Shown in pieces: positions 20,302 to 27,189 of a stretch of 64,000 bases of DNA. The position numbers and the translations under genes are program-made. Position 1 is the stretch's first letter; every line of letters begins with the position of its first letter. Under the pieces are notes generated by a model. The model did not search any database and had not been told where the DNA came from. It saw only the letters and a list, made by a program, of their open reading frames with translations. The stretch is from Halorutilales archaeon Cl-col2-1 (GTDB lineage: Archaea > Halobacteriota > Halobacteria > Halobacteriales > Afararchaeaceae), in contig CP169074.1 in assembly GCA_041891055.1 (NCBI GenBank), positions 1,056,001-1,120,000 of the forward strand. Direction: 5' to 3'.

Positions 20302-20913
20302 TTACTCGGCGTCGGCTTCCACATCGACGTACTCCTCGATAAGGTCAGCCGCTTCTCTTACTCTGTCCCCGCCGCATTTCCTCGCGATACCGAGATGGTG
20401 TCGTATAAGCTCCTCTAGCTCAGGCTCGAACTCGACCCTCGTGGCGTGGACTGTCGCCTCTATCACGGAGTTGAAGCCGCGGTCGACAGTGAAGAGACGT
20501 CTCTTCCGTATCTCGCCCTCCTCGGGGACGAGCCTCCACCGTTCTACGTCGCCGTCCCTCTCCTCTCCGACGCACTCGGCGGAGCATCTCAGCCACGCGT
20601 CGGCGTACTCGTCGGAGAGCCTCGGCGGATCGGTGTCAGCGTGAGTTTCGAAGTACTCCGAGCCGAGTTCGGAGAGAGCGCCCTCGACATATACTACTGG
20701 GTCTGAACTGAAGTTGACGACGACCCTCCTCGTACTACGCACGTTTTCGAGTGTGTCACTACCCTCCCAGAGACGTGCGTATCCGTCGCCGTCCTCTCTT
20801 ATAATGCCCATCGGCGCGGCGTTGAGACCTACTTTCCCTTGAGTCGTCGCTACCGTCTCGGTTATACGTGCTTCCAAGAAAGACCAGTCGTTGGAGGCGT
20901 TCTCGAAGGTCAA
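20302..20913 (-). CDS. DUF447-family protein (FMN split-barrel-like)
   Basis: ETVATT....NAAPMGI, GSDTLENV, RGFNSVIEATVHATR, KCGG. Confidence 0.8.
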   Translation of the reverse strand: MTFENASNDWSFLEARITETVATTQGKVGLNAAPMGIIREDGDGYARLWEGSDTLENVRSTRRVVVNFSSDPVVYVEGALSELGSEYFETHADTDPPRLSDEYADAWLRCSAECVGEERDGDVERWRLVPEEGEIRKRRLFTVDRGFNSVIEATVHATRVEFEPELEELIRHHLGIARKCGGDRVREAADLIEEYVDVEADAE

Positions 20914-21764
20914 AGACGCAGACCTCCTTCGCGCAGGCTTATGTAGACACCCGCCGAAAGTATGTCGGCTGTCGTCCCGGGGTTGATCCCCTCGTCCAAG
21001 AGAGCCGAGTCGAGATCCTCAGCCGACAGACCGCCTCGAAGGATGTCCTCGGCTTGGCGTCTCACTTCCTCAGCCACCTCACGTCCGTGTTTCTTCTCGA
21101 CAAGTGTGTCACGTCTCTCGGAGAGGAGTCTGAGATAAGCCGTAGTCACCGAGGTATTGACGTCGCGTGTCTCGTGGTAAGCCTCGTCTATGTACCCCGA
21201 CGCCGTAAAGCTCCTCCCGAATCCTGTGACCCACTCGCGCGCTACGTCGTCGATCTCGGCGCTCGCCTCCATCACGTCGTACATCGTGAGTCCTCTCTCC
21301 CTGACCTCGTCAGTCGCCCCCTCATGGTTCACGTCGGGGAGATCGATCTCAGTATCATCTTCGACGTATACGTCTACGTGGCTGAAGGAGTCGTAGAACC
21401 GCACCGAGTCCTCGACAGTCGTCTCCTCTACGACGCTAGATACTGAGCCGAGACCCGCGTCTGAGTACGACGCCGAGACGAGGGGGACGAGAAGTAGGAG
21501 GGCTCCGAAATGGGTGTTTCCGCCCGAGTGGAACTGTGACCGACGGACTGCGTCCTCGAACACCTCTCCGACGCCGACACCGTCTTCACGTGCACGTCTC
21601 AGCGACGGCAGAGCCCCCACGGAACTCGCGATAAAGTCAAGAAATGTCGTGTCGCTGTGGTCGTGTCGCCTGTCGACATTTCCGGGCTTCGGGTCAGAGG
21701 CCACCTCCAGTAGCATCGCAAGCTGCGCGGTCTGTGCGGGTGTCAGACCTGGGGCGTCGGACAC
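20910..21764 (-). CDS. citG: Archaeal CitG-family (triphosphoribosyl-dephospho-CoA synthase-like) protein
   Basis: LLEV...PKPGNVDR, GGNTHFG..LLL.PL, DTL..KKHG, INPGTTAD. Confidence 0.85.
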   Translation of the reverse strand: MSDAPGLTPAQTAQLAMLLEVASDPKPGNVDRRHDHSDTTFLDFIASSVGALPSLRRAREDGVGVGEVFEDAVRRSQFHSGGNTHFGALLLLVPLVSASYSDAGLGSVSSVVEETTVEDSVRFYDSFSHVDVYVEDDTEIDLPDVNHEGATDEVRERGLTMYDVMEASAEIDDVAREWVTGFGRSFTASGYIDEAYHETRDVNTSVTTAYLRLLSERRDTLVEKKHGREVAEEVRRQAEDILRGGLSAEDLDSALLDEGINPGTTADILSAGVYISLREGGLRL

Positions 21765-22501
21765 CGTCTCACCTCCTTGTAAAGCCGTCTTAGCTTACCG
21801 AGACTCCGTCCACCTCTCGCAGTACTCACCATGTCGGCTCCCCTCTCGAAGTAGTCGGCGGCGTCGGCTCCCGACCGCACGCCGTTATTGGCTATCACGA
21901 AGAGGTCGGTAGCCTCGGCTACGTCACTGACGGCGTCGGGAGAGTCCATACAGTCGATATGTATAAAGTCGCCGCCCGCGTCCTCGAACTCCCGAGCGAC
22001 TGCGGCGTCGTCTACGACCTCAGCTCGGGTCTTGACTCCGACAGTAACACCCATCTCGCTGAGGCGTCGGGTCCAGTCGGCGAGACGTTGGGTGTCTCTG
22101 AGTAGGGAGTGTCCACAGCCGACCTCGACCATCTCGTCCTGCCGGCAGTGGGCGTTTATTTCGAGGACACAGTCGTACTCCCGCGCGACCTCTCCGATAC
22201 GTGCTAGAGAGGCGAAAGACGATGATCTGACGTTCAAGCCGACCCCGAGGTCGGGTGAACGACTACGGAGATCCATGACCTGAGTTTGGACGAAATCGAC
22301 AGGATCGTTGTAGACGAACTCGTCGCGCCCCCTCTGTATCATCTCGTAGGCGGCTCTCCTAGTCTCGTCGTCGACGTGGAAGCCTCCTAAGAAGACGGCA
22401 TCCAAGAAGTCGTCTCTCTCGGCGGCGTAGTCGGCGTCGGTCACACCCGCCTCACTTGCGAGCGCGAGTCCACCCCTGAGTCTGTCTGTGTTCGGCATCA
22501 C
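21743..22501 (-). CDS. Archaeal Dus-like TIM-barrel flavoprotein (NifR3-related)
   Basis: LAS.AG.TD, LEINAHCRQ.EM, VK.R, HID.M, IANNGV, S.ARG. Confidence 0.78.
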   Translation of the reverse strand: MMPNTDRLRGGLALASEAGVTDADYAAERDDFLDAVFLGGFHVDDETRRAAYEMIQRGRDEFVYNDPVDFVQTQVMDLRSRSPDLGVGLNVRSSSFASLARIGEVAREYDCVLEINAHCRQDEMVEVGCGHSLLRDTQRLADWTRRLSEMGVTVGVKTRAEVVDDAAVAREFEDAGGDFIHIDCMDSPDAVSDVAEATDLFVIANNGVRSGADAADYFERGADMVSTARGGRSLGKLRRLYKEVRRCPTPQV

Positions 22502-22595
22502 GTATTCGCGTCAGTCTTAGGGTCACGGTGTCTTAAGACTGAAGAAACTAGACCAAGCCGGATCAGACTGAAGACTTAACCGACGCCGACCCCGT

Positions 22596-23624
22596 ATGAG
22601 ACGTATGAAGAGATCCAAAGTCCTTCTCCGAGGTGCGGTTCAGACTGGGATAGTCATAGGAGGAGTCGGTGGTCTCCTCGCGCTCGCGTACCTCCTACTA
22701 GTGGAGGTTCCGTCTCAGACCCAGGTCGAGCCTCTCACAGTCGTACTCCTCACGGGAATAGGAGTCGTGAGTCTGCGTGTCTTCGGAAGTATAGCCGGGT
22801 CGGTCTTCGGGAGGTACAACGTCGCCGAGGTCGCCGTGAAGGGGCCCATAACGCGTGACGGAGGCGGACGTCTCCCCTCAGCTCCCGTCGGACGGGGTGC
22901 CGACGACATAGTCGAGATGATAGAGACAGTCGACGACGACAGGAACACCGACGGACTCTTACTGCGTCTCAACACTCCCGGCGGCGAGGTCGTCCCGAGC
23001 GACGACATACGTCTCGCAGTCGAGGAGTTCGACGGTCCCGTGGTGGCGTACACGAAGGACGTCTGTGCGAGCGGTGGCTACTGGATAGCGAGCGCGTGTG
23101 ACGAGATATACGCGAGGGACGTGAGCGTCGTGGGGAGCATAGGAGTCTTAGGATCGCGCGTCAACGCCAAGGAGCTCGCCGACAGGCTCGGTGTGTCGTA
23201 CGAGAGGTTCGCCGCGGGGAAGTACAAGGACGCCGGGACACCCCTAAAGGAGATCGAGGAGTACGAGCGCGACTTCATACAGGGGATCATAGACGACTAC
23301 TATGACGCCTTCGTGAGCCGTGTCGCCGAGAGACGCAGTCTCTCAGAGGAAGAGATAAGAGACACTGAAGCGAGGTACTACTTAGGAGACACAGCCGAGG
23401 AGATGGATCTCGTCGACGAGATCGGTACACGCGACGACGCGAAGGAGCGTCTCGCCGAACTCATGGACGTCGAGAGAGCCGTCGTGAGGGAGATGGAGCC
23501 ACGTCTACATCTGAGGGACAGGATGAGAATCGGTGCGTCGAAGATAGCCGAGGGCTTCGGCTCGGGAGTTGCGTCTGTCATAGAGGACAAGGAGTTCGAC
23601 GGCTTCCGGTTCAGGCTCCGTTGA
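22596..23624 (+). CDS. sppA: Signal peptide peptidase SppA (S49)
   Basis: LNTPGG, CASGGYW.AS, VGSIGV, GKYKD; N-terminal TM segments. Confidence 0.9.
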   Translation: MRRMKRSKVLLRGAVQTGIVIGGVGGLLALAYLLLVEVPSQTQVEPLTVVLLTGIGVVSLRVFGSIAGSVFGRYNVAEVAVKGPITRDGGGRLPSAPVGRGADDIVEMIETVDDDRNTDGLLLRLNTPGGEVVPSDDIRLAVEEFDGPVVAYTKDVCASGGYWIASACDEIYARDVSVVGSIGVLGSRVNAKELADRLGVSYERFAAGKYKDAGTPLKEIEEYERDFIQGIIDDYYDAFVSRVAERRSLSEEEIRDTEARYYLGDTAEEMDLVDEIGTRDDAKERLAELMDVERAVVREMEPRLHLRDRMRIGASKIAEGFGSGVASVIEDKEFDGFRFRLR

Positions 23625-23637
23625 GTCTGAGAAGGTG

Positions 23638-24291
23638 TCAGACTGTCCCGTCGTGGCTGCCACGACTGAGTTCGACCCCCGTGACCTCGGACGCTTTCTT
23701 GAGTGCTTCGTCGTAGTCGCCTTCTTCGAGAGCCTCCCAGACTTGGTCGTCTTCTATGACGTCCCAGAGTAGTCTTCGCCTCTCCCTGTGTCCGTCGACC
23801 TCGTCCTTGAGGACGGGACGTATCTCCTTCTGAAGACGTACCATCGGGTCGGCTTCTTCGAGGACGGGCTCTATACGCCGGCGCAGGTACTTCGTCATCG
23901 CCGGACTGCCGCCGTGTGTGGATATCCCGATGACGGCTTCGTCTGTCTCGACTACGCTCGGGGTTGCGACGTCTCCCTTTTCGTGTGTCGTGTTGACGAG
24001 ACAGTCCTTCTCAGACGCGACCTCGACTACGGCGTCGTTTACCGAGTCGTCAGAGGTCGCGGGGACGACAAGATAGGCGTCGTCGACGTACTCCGCGATG
24101 TTGTCACGCGAGACCTCCTCCTCGACCTTCTCGCAGTCGACGTCGTCGAAGCCGTCGTCGAAGGAGTCGGCGACGACACGGACGTCAGCCTCGGAGGACG
24201 ACGAGAAGAGGGTCGCCTTGCGTAACGCGACAGATCCGCCGCCTACGACTACGACTGTCTTTCCCGAGAGGTCGTGGAGGAGAGGTATCAC
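23638..24291 (-). CDS. sirC: Precorrin-2 dehydrogenase / sirohydrochlorin ferrochelatase
   Basis: MIPL..DLSGK.VVVVGGG.VA.RK, PAT.D...N, IST.G.SP; GTG start. Confidence 0.9.
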   Translation of the reverse strand: MIPLLHDLSGKTVVVVGGGSVALRKATLFSSSSEADVRVVADSFDDGFDDVDCEKVEEEVSRDNIAEYVDDAYLVVPATSDDSVNDAVVEVASEKDCLVNTTHEKGDVATPSVVETDEAVIGISTHGGSPAMTKYLRRRIEPVLEEADPMVRLQKEIRPVLKDEVDGHRERRRLLWDVIEDDQVWEALEEGDYDEALKKASEVTGVELSRGSHDGTV

Positions 24292-24327
24292 TACTCGGTC
24301 TTAGCATCTCGCCGTATATCCGAGTTT

Positions 24328-24560
24328 CGGGAGGCGGGCGTACATACGTGAACTACCCCGACCTACTGCGCTCGGCTTACGCGCTCGTCTCAAACTCTAC
24401 GAGTTTGATGGCTCGTGAATCTAAGATTCACGAACGCTTCGTTGAGGTCGGAGCTTCGATGTCTTCTCGTCCACTTAGCACCGTGCCAGAGGTGGAGTCG
24501 TTGAAGCACCGTTCGGGCGTGTTCACGGACACCCCGAGACTGGATAGAGGTCGTTCGATA
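24328..24560 (-). ncRNA. Predicted TnpB omega/reRNA: scaffold over the tnpB 3' end and right end, plus flank-derived guide
   Basis: Known TnpB architecture; hairpins in the tnpB tail and right end. The guide would start GUAUGUACGCCCGCCUCCCG after ...UUCAC. The 5' boundary is approximate. Confidence 0.6.
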
Positions 24561-25561
24561 GACTTACCCAGTCCTCTTTTGGCGATGTTCGTCGCACCGT
24601 TCTTATCCGCATTATCTTCTAAGCCACACTCACTACATCGGAAACATCCTTGTCCTTCGCGTGCCGTTTCTTGGTTGCCACACCGACTACACGTTTGCGA
24701 GGTCATATACTCGTCAACTTCTACGACGGTGATACCCTCGAATTTAGCCTTGTACTCTATGAACTGCTTTAGCGTGTAGTGAGGCATCGAACTAAGCCGT
24801 CGGTTCATCTCACTACCCTTGTCGCCGTCGTCTATCCCTTCGAGGTCACCGATGACAATGAAGGCGTTCCGTTCCTTTGCTTCCTCTACGATGTTACGGC
24901 TTATCTTATGTAGTCGATCTTCGATTACCCTACGCTCCTTATCCTTCACTTTCTGTAACGTGTCGTACGCGCCCTTCTCTTGGAGTGTGGTACGAAGATC
25001 GTGGTAATGACGACGTTTCCGACGTACTTCTTCACCGTAAAAAGTAGTATTGCGGGAAGGCAACGCCACCGACGTTGCCACCCACCGAACGCCGAAGTCT
25101 ACACCTATCACGCCGTCGTAACTCTCACGCACTTCAACCTCTTGTCTTATGGTCAGGTGAGCATAATACTCACCGTCATCCCTTACGATTTTACTGTCCT
25201 TTACTTCCGCTTCGTCGGGTATTTCTTCGTGTGGTTTGATAGGTACGTTGATACCGCCGTAAACCGTTGCGACGGGTACTTTCAGCCACCAATTCGCTAC
25301 TTCGTTGTCGTCACGTCGTAGGTCAACGTCGAAGGTATCGTTACGGATGAACCACGGATACTCGTGGTCATCCTTCACCTTCTCTTTCTCTACGTAAGCG
25401 TCGGCGCATTGTACTGTAGCCGAGTATAAGTCTATGTCGTCGTCACCCTTTACGTACCGCTGAAAAGCCGTGTACTCACGTTCGAGTGCGTCACGCTTCT
25501 TGTTCGTGAGTTCATCGGTTAGTATCTTACCGACGACGGTCTTCTCAGCGGTCTGTTTCAT
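24428..25561 (-). CDS. tnpB: TnpB RNA-guided endonuclease, 377 aa, rearranged RuvC-II
   Basis: GVDFG (RuvC-I), IVIGDL, VDEYMTSQTCSRC..CSEC zinc finger, NADKNGATNIA (RuvC-III); SD GGGGTGA precedes ATG 25561. Confidence 0.93.
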   Translation of the reverse strand: MKQTAEKTVVGKILTDELTNKKRDALEREYTAFQRYVKGDDDIDLYSATVQCADAYVEKEKVKDDHEYPWFIRNDTFDVDLRRDDNEVANWWLKVPVATVYGGINVPIKPHEEIPDEAEVKDSKIVRDDGEYYAHLTIRQEVEVRESYDGVIGVDFGVRWVATSVALPSRNTTFYGEEVRRKRRHYHDLRTTLQEKGAYDTLQKVKDKERRVIEDRLHKISRNIVEEAKERNAFIVIGDLEGIDDGDKGSEMNRRLSSMPHYTLKQFIEYKAKFEGITVVEVDEYMTSQTCSRCGNQETAREGQGCFRCSECGLEDNADKNGATNIAKRGLGKSIERPLSSLGVSVNTPERCFNDSTSGTVLSGREDIEAPTSTKRS

Positions 25562-25660
25562 ATGCTTCACCCCTGAAGTATAGGACGGGTGTTGTAGCAC
25601 CCGTTCTACATCATTCTCAGAGAACTAACCCCTGAGTCCGTAGTGTCCTGCACTTCTTAC
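25562..25660 (-). promoter_or_regulatory. Structured tnpB 5' leader: three-way junction with kink-turn and alternative SD-sequestering hairpin
   Basis: Base pairing traced by hand (see findings); TATA-like ATTTATGA about 25 nt upstream. Confidence 0.55.
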
Positions 25661-25688
25661 CCTATATTAGGGTCTATATTATCATAAA

Positions 25689-25720
25689 TGTTACGCCATA
25701 GGCGTAATATAGGCGTAACA
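25689..25720. promoter_or_regulatory. Candidate operator between the divergent tnpB and accessory-gene promoters
   Basis: TGTTACGCC...GGCGTAACA perfect 9-bp inverted repeat; ATAGGCGTAA x2 with 11-bp period. Confidence 0.55.
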
Positions 25721-25752
25721 AAATATAAGTAAAACCATACGTTATAACACAC

Positions 25753-25905
25753 ATGGTAAAAGTTGAAGTAGAAAACCCAGACCTACACGCGGAACGGAAG
25801 GTAGACGACAGAGGGAGAGTATATATCGGTAAAGACTTTTCAGGTAAGAAAGTTCGTGTCATACTTGAATCAGTTGAAGAGGTAGACGAACCGGAGGATG
25901 AATAA
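25753..25905 (+). CDS. 50-aa AbrB-like / DUF2080-like transposon-associated DNA-binding protein (below the ORF-track cutoff)
   Basis: MVKVEVENPDLHAERKVDDRGRVYIGKDFSGKKVRVILESVEEVDEPEDE*; KVD.RGR..I swapped-hairpin signature; TATA-like AATATAA upstream. Confidence 0.75.
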   Translation: MVKVEVENPDLHAERKVDDRGRVYIGKDFSGKKVRVILESVEEVDEPEDE

Positions 25906-25937
25906 GTGACGGGGTGTATCACCATCCTACTGCGTAT

Positions 25938-26058
25938 GCGAATCTTCGATTCGCTTGTGCTGGAAAACTCTACGAGTTTTCTGCATCACAGAAATCTCTG
26001 ATTTCTGAAGACTCGCAAACCGTAGATTTGCGAACGTTACTCATCCGCTAAAACGGAT
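25938..26058. repeat. Periodic array of short palindromes inside the IS left-end hairpin
   Basis: Hairpins at 25938-25954, 25963-25981, 25989-26007, 26013-26033 and 26043-26058. Confidence 0.8.
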
Positions 26059-26134
26059 TGCGTTACTCCTTGAGGGTGGAGACTTACCCCTGTTAAGTTA
26101 AATTCAAGAGCCTGGAGTCCTTATATGACGCAAG

Positions 26135-27184
26135 ATGACCACAGGAGTAGTTCTTCTCAACTTCGGCGAGCCCCAGAACCCCACGAGAGACAAGGTGGTT
26201 CCGTATCTCGAACGTATCTTCCTCGACAACATGTCGCTCGAAGGCGGCATGTCGGAGGAGGACGCCCGCAAACGCGCCTCGAAGCTAGCCGAGAGACGCG
26301 CACCCGGTCTGATGGAGGAGTACGAGGAGATGGGAGGAGGCTCGCCTCTGATACCTCAGGCGAAGAGCCAGGCACAGATGGTCGAGGACGCTCTGGTCTC
26401 ACGCGGCTTCGACGTCGAGACCTACTTCGGGATGCAGTTCACCGAGCCCTTTATCTCGGACGCAGTCGAGGAAGCGAAGGAGGACGGAGTAGACCGCATA
26501 ATCGGTCTTCCGATCTACCCGCTGTGTGGACCCTCTACGACGGTCTCGTCTCTCGAAGACCTGAGTGACGCCGTCGAGGAGTCGGACTGGGACGGCGAGT
26601 ACAACGAGATAACCGGATGGCACGAACACCCCGACTACGTCGACATACGTGTCGAGAACATACGTGACTACGCCGAAGCGGAGGAGGTTGACCTCAACGA
26701 CGATGACACCGAACTAGTCTTCTCAGCACACGGAACGCCTATACATTACTTAGAAGAGGGAAGCAGGTACGACCAGTACGTCGAGGAACACTGTGCTGAG
26801 GTCGCCGACAGACTGGGTGTCGACTCCTACACGATAGGATACCAGAACCACGAAAACCGTGACATAGACTGGACAGAGCCCGACACCGAGGAGGTCATAG
26901 AGGAGATAGACGCCGAGAGGGTCGTGGTCGACGCCGTGAGCTTCATGCACGAACAGTCGGAGACACTCTCGGAGCTCGACATCGAACTCGCCGAGGAGGC
27001 GGAGGAGGAGGGTCTCGAACTCTACCGCGTCCCCGTGCCACACGACGACCCGAGGTTCGGCTCCGTACTCGCCGACCTGATCCAGCCCGTGATAACCGGC
27101 GCTGTCGAGGAGTCGGAGATGGGTCAGTGCAGATGTAAGGAGACTCCCGGGACGGTCTGTTACAAGCCCGTACAGGTAGAGTAG
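26135..27184 (+). CDS. hemH: Ferrochelatase (HemH/CpfC)
   Basis: LLNFGEP, Y..MGGGSPL, GMQFTEPFI, FSAHGTP, W..P, F..EQSETL.ELD. Confidence 0.92.
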   Translation: MTTGVVLLNFGEPQNPTRDKVVPYLERIFLDNMSLEGGMSEEDARKRASKLAERRAPGLMEEYEEMGGGSPLIPQAKSQAQMVEDALVSRGFDVETYFGMQFTEPFISDAVEEAKEDGVDRIIGLPIYPLCGPSTTVSSLEDLSDAVEESDWDGEYNEITGWHEHPDYVDIRVENIRDYAEAEEVDLNDDDTELVFSAHGTPIHYLEEGSRYDQYVEEHCAEVADRLGVDSYTIGYQNHENRDIDWTEPDTEEVIEEIDAERVVVDAVSFMHEQSETLSELDIELAEEAEEEGLELYRVPVPHDDPRFGSVLADLIQPVITGAVEESEMGQCRCKETPGTVCYKPVQVE

Positions 27185-27189
27185 AACCG

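Larger units (their letters stand above)
24348..26096 (-). mobile_element. Non-autonomous IS200/IS605-family (IS1341-like) element with tnpB and a small accessory gene, no tnpA
   Basis: Minus-strand right end GAAGCTCCGACCTC...TAGGTCGGGGTAGTTCAC ends at 24348. Left-end hairpin TAAG-TCTCCACCCTC...TAGGATGGTGA follows TTAAC. AT-richer than flanks. Left boundary is 26096 or 26091. Confidence 0.85.

Noticed and set aside
24348-24779. 143-aa plus-strand ORF, and the 83-aa minus-strand ORF at 25674-25925
   Set aside because: Antisense shadows of tnpB/right end and of the 50-aa gene, with no motifs and non-acidic composition.
24428-25561. TnpB as a nuclease-dead TldR because the RuvC-II Glu is Gly
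   Set aside because: A compensating Glu precedes the zinc finger and both Asp residues are intact, matching the rearranged active form; activity is still untested.
25575-25656. Leader as an H/ACA or C/D guide RNA, or a hammerhead ribozyme
   Set aside because: There is no 3' ACA box, no terminal C-then-D box arrangement and no CUGANGA/GAAA core.
25938-26058. Possible mini CRISPR array next to a Cas12f-like protein
   Set aside because: The units are about 25 nt, not identical, and have no unique spacers; they sit inside an IS end hairpin and there are no cas genes.
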